A DNA stretch of 63,058 bases, the filler included, from Rhabdomonas costata (taxonomy: Eukaryota), in the NCBI GenBank assembly GCA_019059605.1. It is 42 parts of 42 records of this genome, joined end to end, with 100 filler letters (N's around TTAATTAATTAA, not from the genome) between each part and the next. Parts side by side here need not be neighbours in the genome. Positions count along the whole stretch, not along the records: positions 37,603 to 39,006 come from JAHMHO010016933.1; positions 39,107 to 40,510 come from JAHMHO010016934.1; positions 40,611 to 42,014 come from JAHMHO010016935.1; positions 42,115 to 43,518 come from JAHMHO010016936.1; positions 43,619 to 45,022 come from JAHMHO010016937.1; positions 45,123 to 46,526 come from JAHMHO010016938.1; positions 46,627 to 48,030 come from JAHMHO010016939.1; positions 48,131 to 49,534 come from JAHMHO010016940.1; 34 more parts are not named here. One strand, written 5' to 3'. This document shows, piece after piece, positions 38,553-49,678 of this stretch; position 1 is the first letter of the stretch, and each line of letters begins with the position of its first letter. Under the pieces are notes generated by a model. That model had not been told where the DNA came from, ran no database searches, and worked only from the letters and a program-made list of their open reading frames with translations. A program made the position numbers and the translations under genes.

Positions 38553-39006
38553 TCATATGCTCTGGAGAGAGGTGGCCATTTCATTGGCGCTGAGGTACAC
38601 CAGGGTGACCTTGTCCGGGTTGGTCGGGAAATTGCTCTCCACTTCCCGCACAAGGTACCGCGACAGGGGCGGAAACAGCACCTCGTCTTCCTCTGAAGAA
38701 TGCAAAACAAACTCAATCTTCCGCTCAAGATACTTCAGTAAAGTAGCCAACATCGATACTGTGGAACATCCGCCTTAGATACCTTTTGACAAGCATGTCG
38801 ACGTGCTGCATTCTGCCGCATTGTGATAAATTGTGATAACGTCAACCGCGTTGTGGGTCCATTTTGCTCGCCAGCTTTATTCTATTTATTTCCCTTTCTT
38901 TACTCGCCACAGCCAACCACACCTGTGGGAACTCAGCTTTGCTTGTCCTGGTAGCTAAAAAGCCGAAATCACGACCGAACTTACCTTTCTCAGGGTGAAC
39001 AACACC
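38553..39006 (-). CDS. ADP-ribosyltransferase (ARTC/VIP2-like, ExE) domain protein, last two exons
   Basis: Exons 39006-38923 and 38690-38553 give FTLRKGKFGRDFGFLATRTSKAEFPQ-EDEVLFPPLSRYLVREV...VTLVYL...stop, matching G.D...S.FP.ExEVLFPP. Confidence 0.7.
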
Positions 39007-39515
39007 NNNNNNNNNNNNNNNNNNNNNNNNNNNNNNNNNNNNNNNNNNNNTTAATTAATTAANNNNNNNNNNNNNNNNNNNNNNNNNNNNNNNNNNNNNN
39101 NNNNNNGGGTTTGGGGGTGGCGTACATGCTTGCTTTGGAAGTTTGTTTGGAAGTCCATTTCACTCCGTTTTAACTTTTTTCCAAAAAGTACCGTATTTCA
39201 TGTGTCTTTGGTTATTGATCATGGGGCACCGTTCACCCCCATTCCTGCGTGCTTTGTACACTGTGTACTATTACCACTTCATTGCCAACAACATTGTGTG
39301 GCTGTTGTTTTCGTACGTAGTGAGTGAGGACGTCAGGAGCGAATGAGCGACCAAGGAACGAACGAGCTGATGCGAGTGAGTGACTGTATCTGTGAACGTA
39401 GCCGACCTATGTCGGTGGAGTGAATCATCATTGGAGGAAGCATTCGACGTACGGAGAATGCTGACGACTGAAGAATGTATCCTTCCCGTCGCTCCCTCTC
39501 GGTCGCTCCTTCTCC

Positions 39516-39767
39516 TCTTGCGTCACTTCACCACCATAAGGTGCTTCCGTTCCGCCCTTCAACCATGGTTCGCTCCACCACCATAAGGATGGTTACGCTC
39601 ACTCCGAACTCAGACCTCAGGATTCTCAGGTCCTCGAATCCCTCCTCAACGTGTGGTTCGTTCCACCGGCATAAGCACGGTTTCACTCACGCACTTCACT
39701 TCAGCCCTTCTACCCACGTGTCTCTTGCGTTCGTTCCACCACCCTAAGGTGCTTTCACTCACTCCGA
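39516..39767 (+). repeat. Array of four degenerate hairpin-forming units (~40 bp each)
   Basis: Units start near 39516, 39566, 39654 and 39722. Consensus is approximately GTTCGYTCCACC-hairpin with (A/C)TAA loop-TTCACTCACTCCG. Confidence 0.8.
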
Positions 39768-40899
39768 CCGGGCGTAGCCACAGGAAGGATACTGTGGGTG
39801 GTTTCACTCTTCAAGGGTTCACTTTACGGGTTCACGTTCTCACTCAAGGATGATGCAAGGGTGGAAGGAACGAAGCATGGGTGCGTCAGCGAGCCATGCG
39901 TAGTAGGATGGATGGAAGGATACAAGGATGGATGTTGGAGGGCCACCGGCAGGTAGGAGGGTTCTTCTTCTGAGTCATGCTGAGTTACCCTTACGCCCTA
40001 ACTCACCAACAACATCCACCCTACCACCTCAGAAGCGCTAAGAACACAAACACAGGATGCACTCAACCAAGCCATGCCAACACCGCTAACCCCACGAACC
40101 CATCAACACGAACCCAACATCAGCCCTCAACCCCACACATCCTCTGACACAGCAAGCACTAACACAGCGTAACACACCAAGCACACCACAGGCAACAATG
40201 ACACGAAGCCCTCAACGCCACACACCCTCCAGCCTTGAACCCACTGACACTGACACCATCAAGCACTACAACAACGCTACGACCAACACAACCAACGCAT
40301 CGCCTCGAACCACCACACCCACAACACCAGCAACAGAGTCCAGAATACCGCTAGAGACAGAGACAGGAACATGCACTAACACAGCACTAGCATCAACCGA
40401 CACACGAACCCATCCTCTCCAACAGAAACAAACACACCCTGAGAGCCAAGAACGCAGGAACCATCAACATGCACTACAGAAGCACTAACAACGGAAGCAT
40501 CCCAAAACCCNNNNNNNNNNNNNNNNNNNNNNNNNNNNNNNNNNNNNNNNNNNNTTAATTAATTAANNNNNNNNNNNNNNNNNNNNNNNNNNNNNNNNNN
40601 NNNNNNNNNNGTGGTGTTTAACTTTTTTCTTCAGGTCAAGTGTATAAAAAAGCTGATATTCAAGTCGTCATATGCAGCGGACCCCTGTCCAAAACCCACT
40701 GGATTCTCTAAGGCAAGTGGCAGCCTCACACCCTCAACAAAAAAGGTTGCCTCAGCGCGCTCCATATGACGACTTGAATATCAGCTTTTTTATACACTTG
40801 ACCTGAAGAAAAAAGTTAAACAGCACCTGACCTGCACTAGCACGCACAGTCCACCATCGCGTTGTATGCGCTGATGTGAAGTTGGCGGCACCGGCATAC

Positions 40900-41926
40900 C
40901 GGGAGATTTTCGCGGTCGTTCTGGCGGTCAACAAGGTAAAGCACGTAGCGGATGTCGATGTTGTACTCTCTTTTCAGCACGATGATACCGTCCTTGAGCG
41001 AAGAGCCTGCACCCGCACGATTGTTTTATTCCCGTCGCAAAGGGTGACTAACTGCGGCAAGTTCAAGCCGAAAAAAACGAAGCTGAACCCATTTGAGTAT
41101 TTAGACCAAGTATCAATTTTTGAAGGCAAGCATGACGTCCAGTCCAAGCCGATTGCGGAACAGGCAGGAAGAAGCTTGTGCTCATAACCCAATTCACATT
41201 CGAATCACTCGGTGGCGCGGGTCAACGACGAACCTAACGCAAGGAAACCAGGCATTTTTGAATATTACAGAAAGCCTGTGCTTAGACCTGTGCTTAGAGC
41301 ATCATCCACCCAGACCCCAATGATGGGTGGACTGGTTGACTTTCGGGTGGTGTACTCCACCGGGCCTTCAAGCTGCTGGGCAGTTCCTGTATGCAAGGGA
41401 AAACGCTCACGTGACACAGCCTTCACATGTCATGGAGCGGCCTAGTTCTCCCGCTGCTCGGAAAGAACGTCTGGTGGAGACGCAGATCATCAGTCAGCTA
41501 CAAAACAACGCATGAGAAACCTCCGCTTCGTCGGCCTTACACCTGGAAGCTGTGGGAAACGGCTGGAAAATGTAACATCAACAGTAACCGTTTCCTCAGA
41601 AACTTTTGTTTTCTCAGAGAACAGGGGAACACTTTCCCCGGCAATGGTTGCGCACCAGACCAACGTTCAAAGTTCTACGGCAACGCAAAAGAGGAGTCCG
41701 GGAGGGCTGCGGATGTGTCGAAGCATAAAGAATGCAGCTGCGAGAAAACAACAGTCCAGAGGTCCGCAGGGCAGCCCACGCCCCGAACCGACTTGTACAC
41801 GGGTGCATTTAAGGTGGTTGCGCGCACGGGTCGCAAACCCGTTTCCTTCTTGGCCTTTCTGACGTAGAGGAAGTCGCAAAACGAGTTGAGCGGGGACTGC
41901 GACACGGCCAGCTGGGAAGCCATGAT
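40900..41926 (-). CDS. pyrE: Orotate phosphoribosyltransferase (type I PRTase), three exons
   Basis: Exons 41926-41839, 41386-41288 and 41006-40900: FLYVRKAKKETGTAQQLEG...GVWVDDALSTGSSLKDG...VLYLVDR (catalytic loop and PRPP-binding motif). Confidence 0.88.
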
Positions 41927-42134
41927 CTGCGTGGGAAACCATACAAATTCGGACGAATCCGGACCCGCCCGCACCTCTGTAAATCAAAAAAAAGAAGACG
42001 GCTGCCAAACCACANNNNNNNNNNNNNNNNNNNNNNNNNNNNNNNNNNNNNNNNNNNNTTAATTAATTAANNNNNNNNNNNNNNNNNNNNNNNNNNNNNN
42101 NNNNNNNNNNNNNNGGGTTGTGGTTGGTACATAC

Positions 42135-43377
42135 ATGAAGAGGATGCTCACCACGCGGCGGGTCATCACATTCGTGGACTCCATCTCCCCGGCCAGCATC
42201 ATCCGTACTACGTCCCGGGGCACGTACTTCACGAAGGCCTTCAAGCCCCTGCGGTGAGAAAAAACAAACTGAAACGATCAGCTGCAAAAGCAGCACCCGA
42301 GTTGCACCACAGTGTAAAGCATAGGGATGCAAAGATGCTTCACATGGACCTTCATAAGCCTCTGTAGAATGAGTGATCAAGAACCAAAGAAGCACAAACG
42401 ACAAGAAATATTCAAGAAATATATCAGCTCCAAGACTACGAAGCCACATGGATCCCTCATGGAGTGACGCGTAGACGACCACTGTAAAAGGCATGGCCAC
42501 ACAAACGGGGTGCCAGCAGTACCGATGATGGCTCAGCAAACAAAGACACACATGGGACACACCCAGTAAAGAGAGAAGAGAGGTAGTCTAGGCTGAGAAA
42601 AAAAGATCGATGACATCTCACAATACATGCTTTTCAGCCCTGGCCACGCCAAAGCGTGGAAAGTCGCCTTATGCGCACATGAAATCCCATCGGCATTTTG
42701 GAGTGTTACCCAAAACTCTGATTTCGGGATGCAACCCATATTGCCCTAAAATCACAATGAGGTCTATCGTGAAACGGCTTCACTTCCCAGAACGAAAATT
42801 GCATGCCCGCGAATGTTTTTGTCTGCCTTTTTCTGAGACCTCAGGTTGCAGGAGTTTGCGACAGGTTTGGTGCATGCCCTGCTTTTAGTCAAAAAAGGGG
42901 GGTTTGCGAAATCTATGACGAAGGCTGGGAAATACTGTCCTGTGCAGTGCATTTAATTTCCGTAATAACGGCTCTAAAGTGTTTCCCAATTCATGGCTGG
43001 GGCTCCCAAGATACTGTCATACTAGTACCAGACTTGAATTCACAACACACTAATACAAGATTTATACGGAATATCAGAACGAACCCTTTTCAGTCCTGGA
43101 TACGTCAATGAATGGAAAAAACGTCTTATACGCACATCGATGCCCACTGGCATGTTGGGCGTTCCCAGGACTTCAAACTAGGAAGCTCTTGGCATACTAA
43201 ACACTAATTTCTGTATAGGATATCTGTATCTCACATTGCAAAGCAGAGAAAGGGCATGGTGAGAGGGGCCAACCTCTCAAGCGCGACAAAGGAGAACTCG
43301 CACTTCGAGACTTCCGCGAACCGCGAGGTGGACGCCAGCAGGCTCCCACCCCCGCCATCATCAAACCGCAGCAGGGC
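42135..43377 (-). CDS. Class III adenylate/guanylate cyclase, HAMP-to-catalytic junction exons
   Basis: Exon 42248-42135 reads GLKAFVKYVPRDVVRMMLAG...TRRVVSILFM. A probable upstream exon 43377-43304 reads ...STSRFAEVSK (HAMP-like). Confidence 0.8.
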
Positions 43378-43903
43378 CTGCGAAACGCAAATCACACTGC
43401 CCTTCGGCAACTGCAAACCATCAAAAGAGAAGTGATATCTCCGCTCTCCGGTCCCCCTCCACACGGCCAGATGTCTTCACATACCCAAAAACTAGATAAA
43501 TCACGGAGCCAACACCCCNNNNNNNNNNNNNNNNNNNNNNNNNNNNNNNNNNNNNNNNNNNNTTAATTAATTAANNNNNNNNNNNNNNNNNNNNNNNNNN
43601 NNNNNNNNNNNNNNNNNNGTTGTTGTTGAATCATTCTGTCACTGACTCCCTCCTTCCCCCCTTCTATGGTCCAAATCTGGCGACGTGATCGCTGAACCAG
43701 CATGGGTTCGGAGTATACAACGGAAAGAACAGAACAGAAGAGAAGCTCTGGTTTGAAATTCGCAAGTGCTTATTCAATTTCTCTGTGTTCGGGTTAACCG
43801 AAACACTGAGATGAGGTTCCAGGACCAGGAGGAAATGTTGTCGATCCGGGTCAACGTTTTGCAGAGTACCACCTGCCGATTTTTCCGATTTTTCCGTTCT
43901 GAC

Positions 43904-44413
43904 CTTGATCCGCAGCTTGCCGGTGTCTGGGTCCTCCTTCGCCAGGACGTTCTCCAGCTTCATGTCGCGGTGCACCAGGTTCAGCCGGCCCATATACACC
44001 AGGGCCTCAAACAGCTGCCGCGCCACATCCGCGGCGATCTGCTCACTGAGTCTTTTCCTCTCCACAATCACTGTGAAAAGCTCCTTCCCGTTGAACAGCT
44101 CCTCCACAAGGTACACCGTGGAAAAATCCTGGAACGCGAACAAAAGCTGTACAAAGTACTCCGAGTCCAGGGCCTTCATGATGCCCACCTCGCGGCGGAT
44201 CATCTGCACCAGGTCCTCCTCCTTGAGCATCACCTTCACGGCGTAGGTGACCCCCTTGTGGATTCCCTTGAAGCCCTTGAAGCTGTGGCTTGTGATGCAG
44301 GTGGTCCGGTAAACCTTGGAGTACGCCCCATCGCCCAGCTCCTGCCGGGACTTCCAGTCAAACAGCGCCTCAACACTGCCAAGCGGCATAAACGTCAGCA
44401 CTGGGCGGGACAT
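43904..44413 (-). CDS. CAMK-group Ser/Thr protein kinase, first coding exon
   Basis: LGDGAYSKV, YAVKVM, REVGIM, GKELF, VHRDMKLENVL, LRIK, then a GT donor just before the DFG motif. Confidence 0.95.
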
Positions 44414-45166
44414 CACGGGCAAAGAGACAAAGAGTCGTCTTCCCCCACTGGGCAGCAGAACTTCAGGCACAACACGTTTACATAAGCAGCCACCTCCCGC
44501 GGACGTGGGCCACACACTCACCAGCTACCAGCCGTCCCGAGAGAATGGAGAGAAAGCAGAATACAAGGGGGAAATTAAGCGGGAAAAAACGCAGTAAATG
44601 ATAGATGGGTAAATGGCCTCAAACTGAAAAAAAGGCCCACACCGCGAACCTGTTGAGGTGAGAGCAGTTCAAAGCGCGGGCACGCGCATATCCACACAAT
44701 GACCCCAACGCATGCAGAAGTTAGCAATACGCGGTGGGGGCTGAACTCCGAGGCACATGCGCTGGTCACTCTCCCGAGCACAGCACAGATAAGGAGGAAT
44801 CCGAGAAAAATACACGAGGAGTGCAATGTCCCAGGCAGCGTGGCAGTGAATGATTGCAGCCGAGAAAAAGATGGTGTGGACGCTGGAAGAGACGGTAGCC
44901 CTGGAGTCAACGAAGTGCCCCCGTAACCCCACAACTAGAGTTTACCTGAGCCCTCCTGAGCCCTCAACCCCTCTTCCTCATTCAGCGCACAGGAACGGGG
45001 TTCGGCAGTCACCACACCCCACNNNNNNNNNNNNNNNNNNNNNNNNNNNNNNNNNNNNNNNNNNNNTTAATTAATTAANNNNNNNNNNNNNNNNNNNNNN
45101 NNNNNNNNNNNNNNNNNNNNNNGTGGGGGTGGTTTGACGTCGCGAAGCCCCACCGAAGTTGCGTAC

Positions 45167-45383
45167 CAGAGGAGACTTTGAGGTGAGAAACCAGTCCATC
45201 GGGAGGCTCAAAAAGAGGTGCTTTTCCAGTCCAGCTCAGCTGAAATGGAAGCCGGAAGGTCCTAAGGTCGATCCGGGCAGGGGGGTCAGTATCATGTGGT
45301 GTCTCGCTGTGCTCGGAATTGTCTTCACGGTCTCCCGAGCGCTCGCCATCACTTCCATCCTCGGAGCTTCCGCCATTTCCCAT
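45167..45383 (-). CDS. Hypothetical protein, first exon, with possible N-myristoylation (MGNGGS)
   Basis: The ATG follows a T-rich tract. MGNGGSSEDGSDGERSGD...IDLRTFRLPFQLSW, donor GTACGC. Confidence 0.55.
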
Positions 45384-46143
45384 TGTTGACGTACACCCGG
45401 AGAAACACACAAAAAAAGCACACACAGGACAAAAACAGCAACAGCAAGAACTAAGAGCGGGTGAGCTGGAAGCACAAGGGGAGAGAAAAAGCCAGCCATC
45501 ATCCTGGAATGAAAAATTAAAAATAGGATGCCCGCAGTCTATAATGCAAGCACGCGGAGATCACATGAACTTCGTCTAAATAGCTATAAGCTCAGGTATG
45601 CGGCATAGCAGGAAAGAAGGGTTCGCACGAATTTTTTTTGGAGCCAATGAAAGTGCGGTCGCCTTGTACTGTGCAATGCTTCTTTCCTGTTCAGCCCACA
45701 TTGACGATACATACACCGTGAACGACGAAAAAGTCCAACCCACATGCTCGCCGCGAGAACAAAAGAAAGGCACACCAAAAGCAAAGATCAACCAGGTACC
45801 CCTCCTGAGTCTGATCAGCTGCAGGTTTCAGGGAATAAGAAGAGAATTAGAAATACAACTGAGCGCATCCCATGATTCCAACAGCAGGAGGCAGCCAATG
45901 CAAACAAACCACCACAACGCTGCTCTGACGCCCATATCAGATATGGCATGTTGTGCTCCAAGATCGACAAACAGGAGCAACGAGAAACTCAAAGAGAATG
46001 AGGTGCGGGTAATTCGGCAAGTGCGTGAGCGAGTATGAGTAGCTTCCACAAGCTGCGTGAAGATTTGTCGGTACGTAAGGGCGAGGTGGCTTTGCGTGTG
46101 TCTGTGTGTGAAACAACGAAGCTATGCAGGGGGAGGGAGACTG

Positions 46144-46526
46144 CTAGTCCGAGTCTGCTGCAGCCTCGTCGTGGACCTTTCCATGGGCAGAGGCGGAGGA
46201 AGGGCTGAGCATGGCCTGTAACGCGGCCAGGCTGCCCACCCCGAACCCCGCAAAGCCCGCAAAGACCACGCCTTGGCCCACCGCGGCCACAGCGGAGGGG
46301 TACCCCAGGTTGATCCCGAAGTTCAGTGCGAACTGCAGGACGTTGGTCAGCCCGCAGCCCACCTCCCGGAGGGCGGGCGGGAAGATCTCCGTCGCCAGGA
46401 TGAAGAAAAGCGGTCCCGGGCCCAGCTGGAAAGTCAGCACGAAGCAGGCCAGCCCTGGTTCGGCAATACAAAGCAAAAGCACAATCTTCGACATGAAAAC
46501 CCGGGAAGGGGACGTCACCACAACCC
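46144..46526 (-). CDS. MFS sugar-porter (hexose transporter) C-terminus
   Basis: FVLTFQLGPGPLFFILATEIFPPALREVG...LQFALNFGINLGYP, resembling kinetoplastid glucose transporters. Ends in a stop. Confidence 0.88.
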
Positions 46527-46855
46527 NNNNNNNNNNNNNNNNNNNNNNNNNNNNNNNNNNNNNNNNNNNNTTAATTAATTAANNNNNNNNNNNNNNNNNN
46601 NNNNNNNNNNNNNNNNNNNNNNNNNNATGCGTGCGCGGGACGTCGAGGTGTGTGCGTATGGGTGGGAAGGTGTCTTATAGGGAAGCGCTTAGGAAAGGCA
46701 TCCTCCCAATTTAACAAATCAAGCAAACTGAACGGCGAAGGTTTGAGAGTTGGTTGGTTGTTTGAAAAGTAGAGTGTGGTGGGGTGGGACCTTTTTTTTT
46801 GGGAGGGGGGGAGTAACGGAGAGGTTGAGCTTTTTTGATGGGAATGGGCTTTTAG

Positions 46856-48030
46856 GTCGCCCTGGGAGTGCAGGACGTTCCCCGGCACCACGTTTTTGGG
46901 TGCTCCGCGATTGCCGACCCCGTGGATGAGAACATTGAGAAGGGGCTGGAGTGGCTTCTGGAGGAGGTGCGTGTTGTGTTGCACTTTGTGCTCACACACA
47001 TACACGCACTTGACGAAACAAACGTCTGCAGGTAAGGGCAGTCCTGCAGCAAGGTAGGTTCACCCAAAGCTCAGCATTTTACAGAGAGGTGACCCGTTGG
47101 CATATTTCAGAGGCCCGAGGAAGTCACAGAGGCAAGCCGGAACCCCATCGCAACTTGGAGCTCGAGGGTCAGGGAGGTGAGTACCCTGGCGATTATCTGT
47201 GCCACAACCTGGGCACACACGCAAACGCAGAAGGGTCACCAGCCAGCAAGCCATTTACATGTTCAATTAATATGCACCTGTCACGGGTTCGCAAATTAGT
47301 GTGGGATTAGCGGTTTTTTCCTGTGGAATCGCCTTCCCCTTTGCCGTTGGTGTGCCCTGTACAACTTTTGCCATTCGCTTCTGCAGTAAACTTTCTTCGT
47401 GCGAACGCCATAGCCCTGACTCCTCCAAAAAAAACAGCTTTTACTTCTTGGCATTGCTCAAAACGCCGTGGGCGCACAGGCAGCCATGGATGTTATGGCT
47501 GTTATGGCTGTTATTATGCAAACCTAAGGTAACTGGAAGCTTCGACGACATCTCTGCGAGGATCAAGAAGCAGCTTGCAGAGGACAAGGAACGGCGCAAG
47601 CAGGCCCTGCTGGAGCAGCAAAAGCGCGTCGCCGAATACAGGTGCCTTTTGCCTTTTGCCTTTTGCCTTTTCCAAGAAGAAGGAAGGAGAAGAAAGAAGT
47701 ATAAGACAAGAAACCGGAAGTTCAAAATCAAACACACACACACACACACAGAGAAAGATTGAGAAGTATGCTGGCAAGATGTCCTCTACTTGCGCAGAGT
47801 CTTTTCTCTGAGGACTCGGGGACAACAACCGGGGTTGGGTTCGGAGTTCGGTTGCTTTTCCTTAATTTCTTTGCGTTCATTAAACCACTAAACCACCAAA
47901 GTCCGGACTTGTTTTTACACCTGTCCTGTTTTTGTTTGAGACTTTTTGCATTCATAGGAAAGCTTGGGACGCCGAGGAGAAAGAAAAAGAGAAGGAGAAG
48001 GAGAAGCAATCGAACTCCGAACCAAACCCC
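46856..48030 (+). CDS. ARL13: Ciliary Arf-like GTPase ARL13, C-terminal exons
   Basis: Exons 46856-46966, 47529-47641 and 47958-end: VFGCSAIADPVDENIEKGLEWLLEE-VTGSFDDISARIKKQLAEDKERRKQ...RVAEYR (G5 CSA, GLxWL, then coiled coil). Confidence 0.85.
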
Positions 48031-48683
48031 NNNNNNNNNNNNNNNNNNNNNNNNNNNNNNNNNNNNNNNNNNNNTTAATTAATTAANNNNNNNNNNNNNN
48101 NNNNNNNNNNNNNNNNNNNNNNNNNNNNNNGGCGGGGGGTGGTGGGGAAGGGCCGGAACGGTGACCACTGGTGAGTTTTTGCTCGTTTCTTCTCTGGTTT
48201 ACGGGGACCACCTCCGGGATCTACTCGCCATCCCCTCTGGCGCTGACTCCCCCACATGGAACGATACGATTCTCTCAGAACAGCGCCAAGAGTAAGGAAA
48301 GACTGCAGCTGCACCTCGGTGAAAGCTCCAGAGTCCGCTTGGCATGTTCCCCCCACCTCTTAAGGTCTTCCCCTCTCCCACCTCCACAAAACAAGTGCCG
48401 CTCGATCTCGGCCAGTCCCGAGACAAACGTCGCTTTGTATTCGATGGACGTGGGAAATCAAAATCCTATGGCTTCGTTTCGAATCAAAACTCCAATTGAC
48501 GAAGAACCAAAAACAGGCTTCCACAGCCACCCAACCGCCCTCCCAAGACCCACTGCCAGCCCGATGGTTGCCAAATCCTTCCAGCTCCTAACAGGACAGA
48601 AGCAAATGGGAACCGGCACCTTGCGGCGCGGAAGCAGCTTCCCCCACTGCGGTGGAGGTCCGAGGTGGGTGCACCACGCAAAC

Positions 48684-49113
48684 CCAGGCTTGCGTCCCAT
48701 TCCAATTTGTACAAGCCTCACATTTGGTGTACACTCTGCGGGTCCCAGTGCAGGAGTTGCGGCATTGATCGTAGGTTGCCTTGCAGTAATCTAGCAAAAA
48801 GAAAAATGCAAGAAAAAGAGAAACGTCCCCACCAGCACTGCTCCCACGGCTTCAAAAGGCGGCAGGACCCTTGACACAAGAAAGCAAAGTTCACTTGCGG
48901 CAAACAACATGCGGAGCAGATGCGAGCAAACGATTGAGCTGGAGAGAGCACATGACAGGCTGAGGTCCTGCAAGAGAGCACTTGAAATTCCGAGGAACTG
49001 CAAGCGGGCAGGGAAAAGGCACCTTGGGCGAGAATGGCCTCCGCCCTGATCCCCAGCAGTAGCACAACAACCACAACCACAAAGCTGATGAAGCGAAACC
49101 CGAGGTACTTCAT
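48684..49113 (-). CDS. Secreted cysteine-rich protein, exons 1-2
   Basis: Signal-peptide exon 49113-49023 (MKYLGFRFISFVVVVVVLLLGIRAEAILAQ) joins in phase 1 to 48790-48684 (DYCKATYDQCRNSCTGTRRVYTKCEACTNW). Confidence 0.65.
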
Positions 49114-49678
49114 TTTGATCCTTTTTGTGGGAGCAGTGTGCAGAGTGTGGGAGGGCTTGAGGAAGGACTGCAAAGCGAACAGGAAAAGAGCGGGTGAGAG
49201 TGAGGCAGCGGGATGCGTTAGAAGGTTTTCCAATGCAAATGATGTCTCTGCTCAGAGAAGGACAGGGCCCGTCCGAGCCACTACCACGAAAAAAAAGAAG
49301 AAGACCAGGAAGTGTCCGTTCCCTGATTTTTTTGTCATGGTTTGTGACCGAGGCGAGAGTTGGGCACTGCCCTTAGATGGTCGTGCTGCTTTGTGCCTCA
49401 CATTGTTTGCGCAACACCTGCACGGCAACGCTCTCGGTAACCCATGACTCTTTTCGTAATCTGACCCCTTGCAAATCAACCAATCCAAGCTCCCCAGCGT
49501 GAAGAGCGCACCGGCTCGCATGCTCCCCAACCCCNNNNNNNNNNNNNNNNNNNNNNNNNNNNNNNNNNNNNNNNNNNNTTAATTAATTAANNNNNNNNNN
49601 NNNNNNNNNNNNNNNNNNNNNNNNNNNNNNNNNNGTGGTGGGTGTGTTTGGGGTTTTTTTGTTGTGCGTTATGTACAG

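Noticed and set aside
43766-44485. 239-aa plus-strand ORF and similar long ORFs (59251-59727, 61927-62502, 46211-46582)
   Set aside because: They are antisense shadows of GC3-rich exons on the opposite strand.
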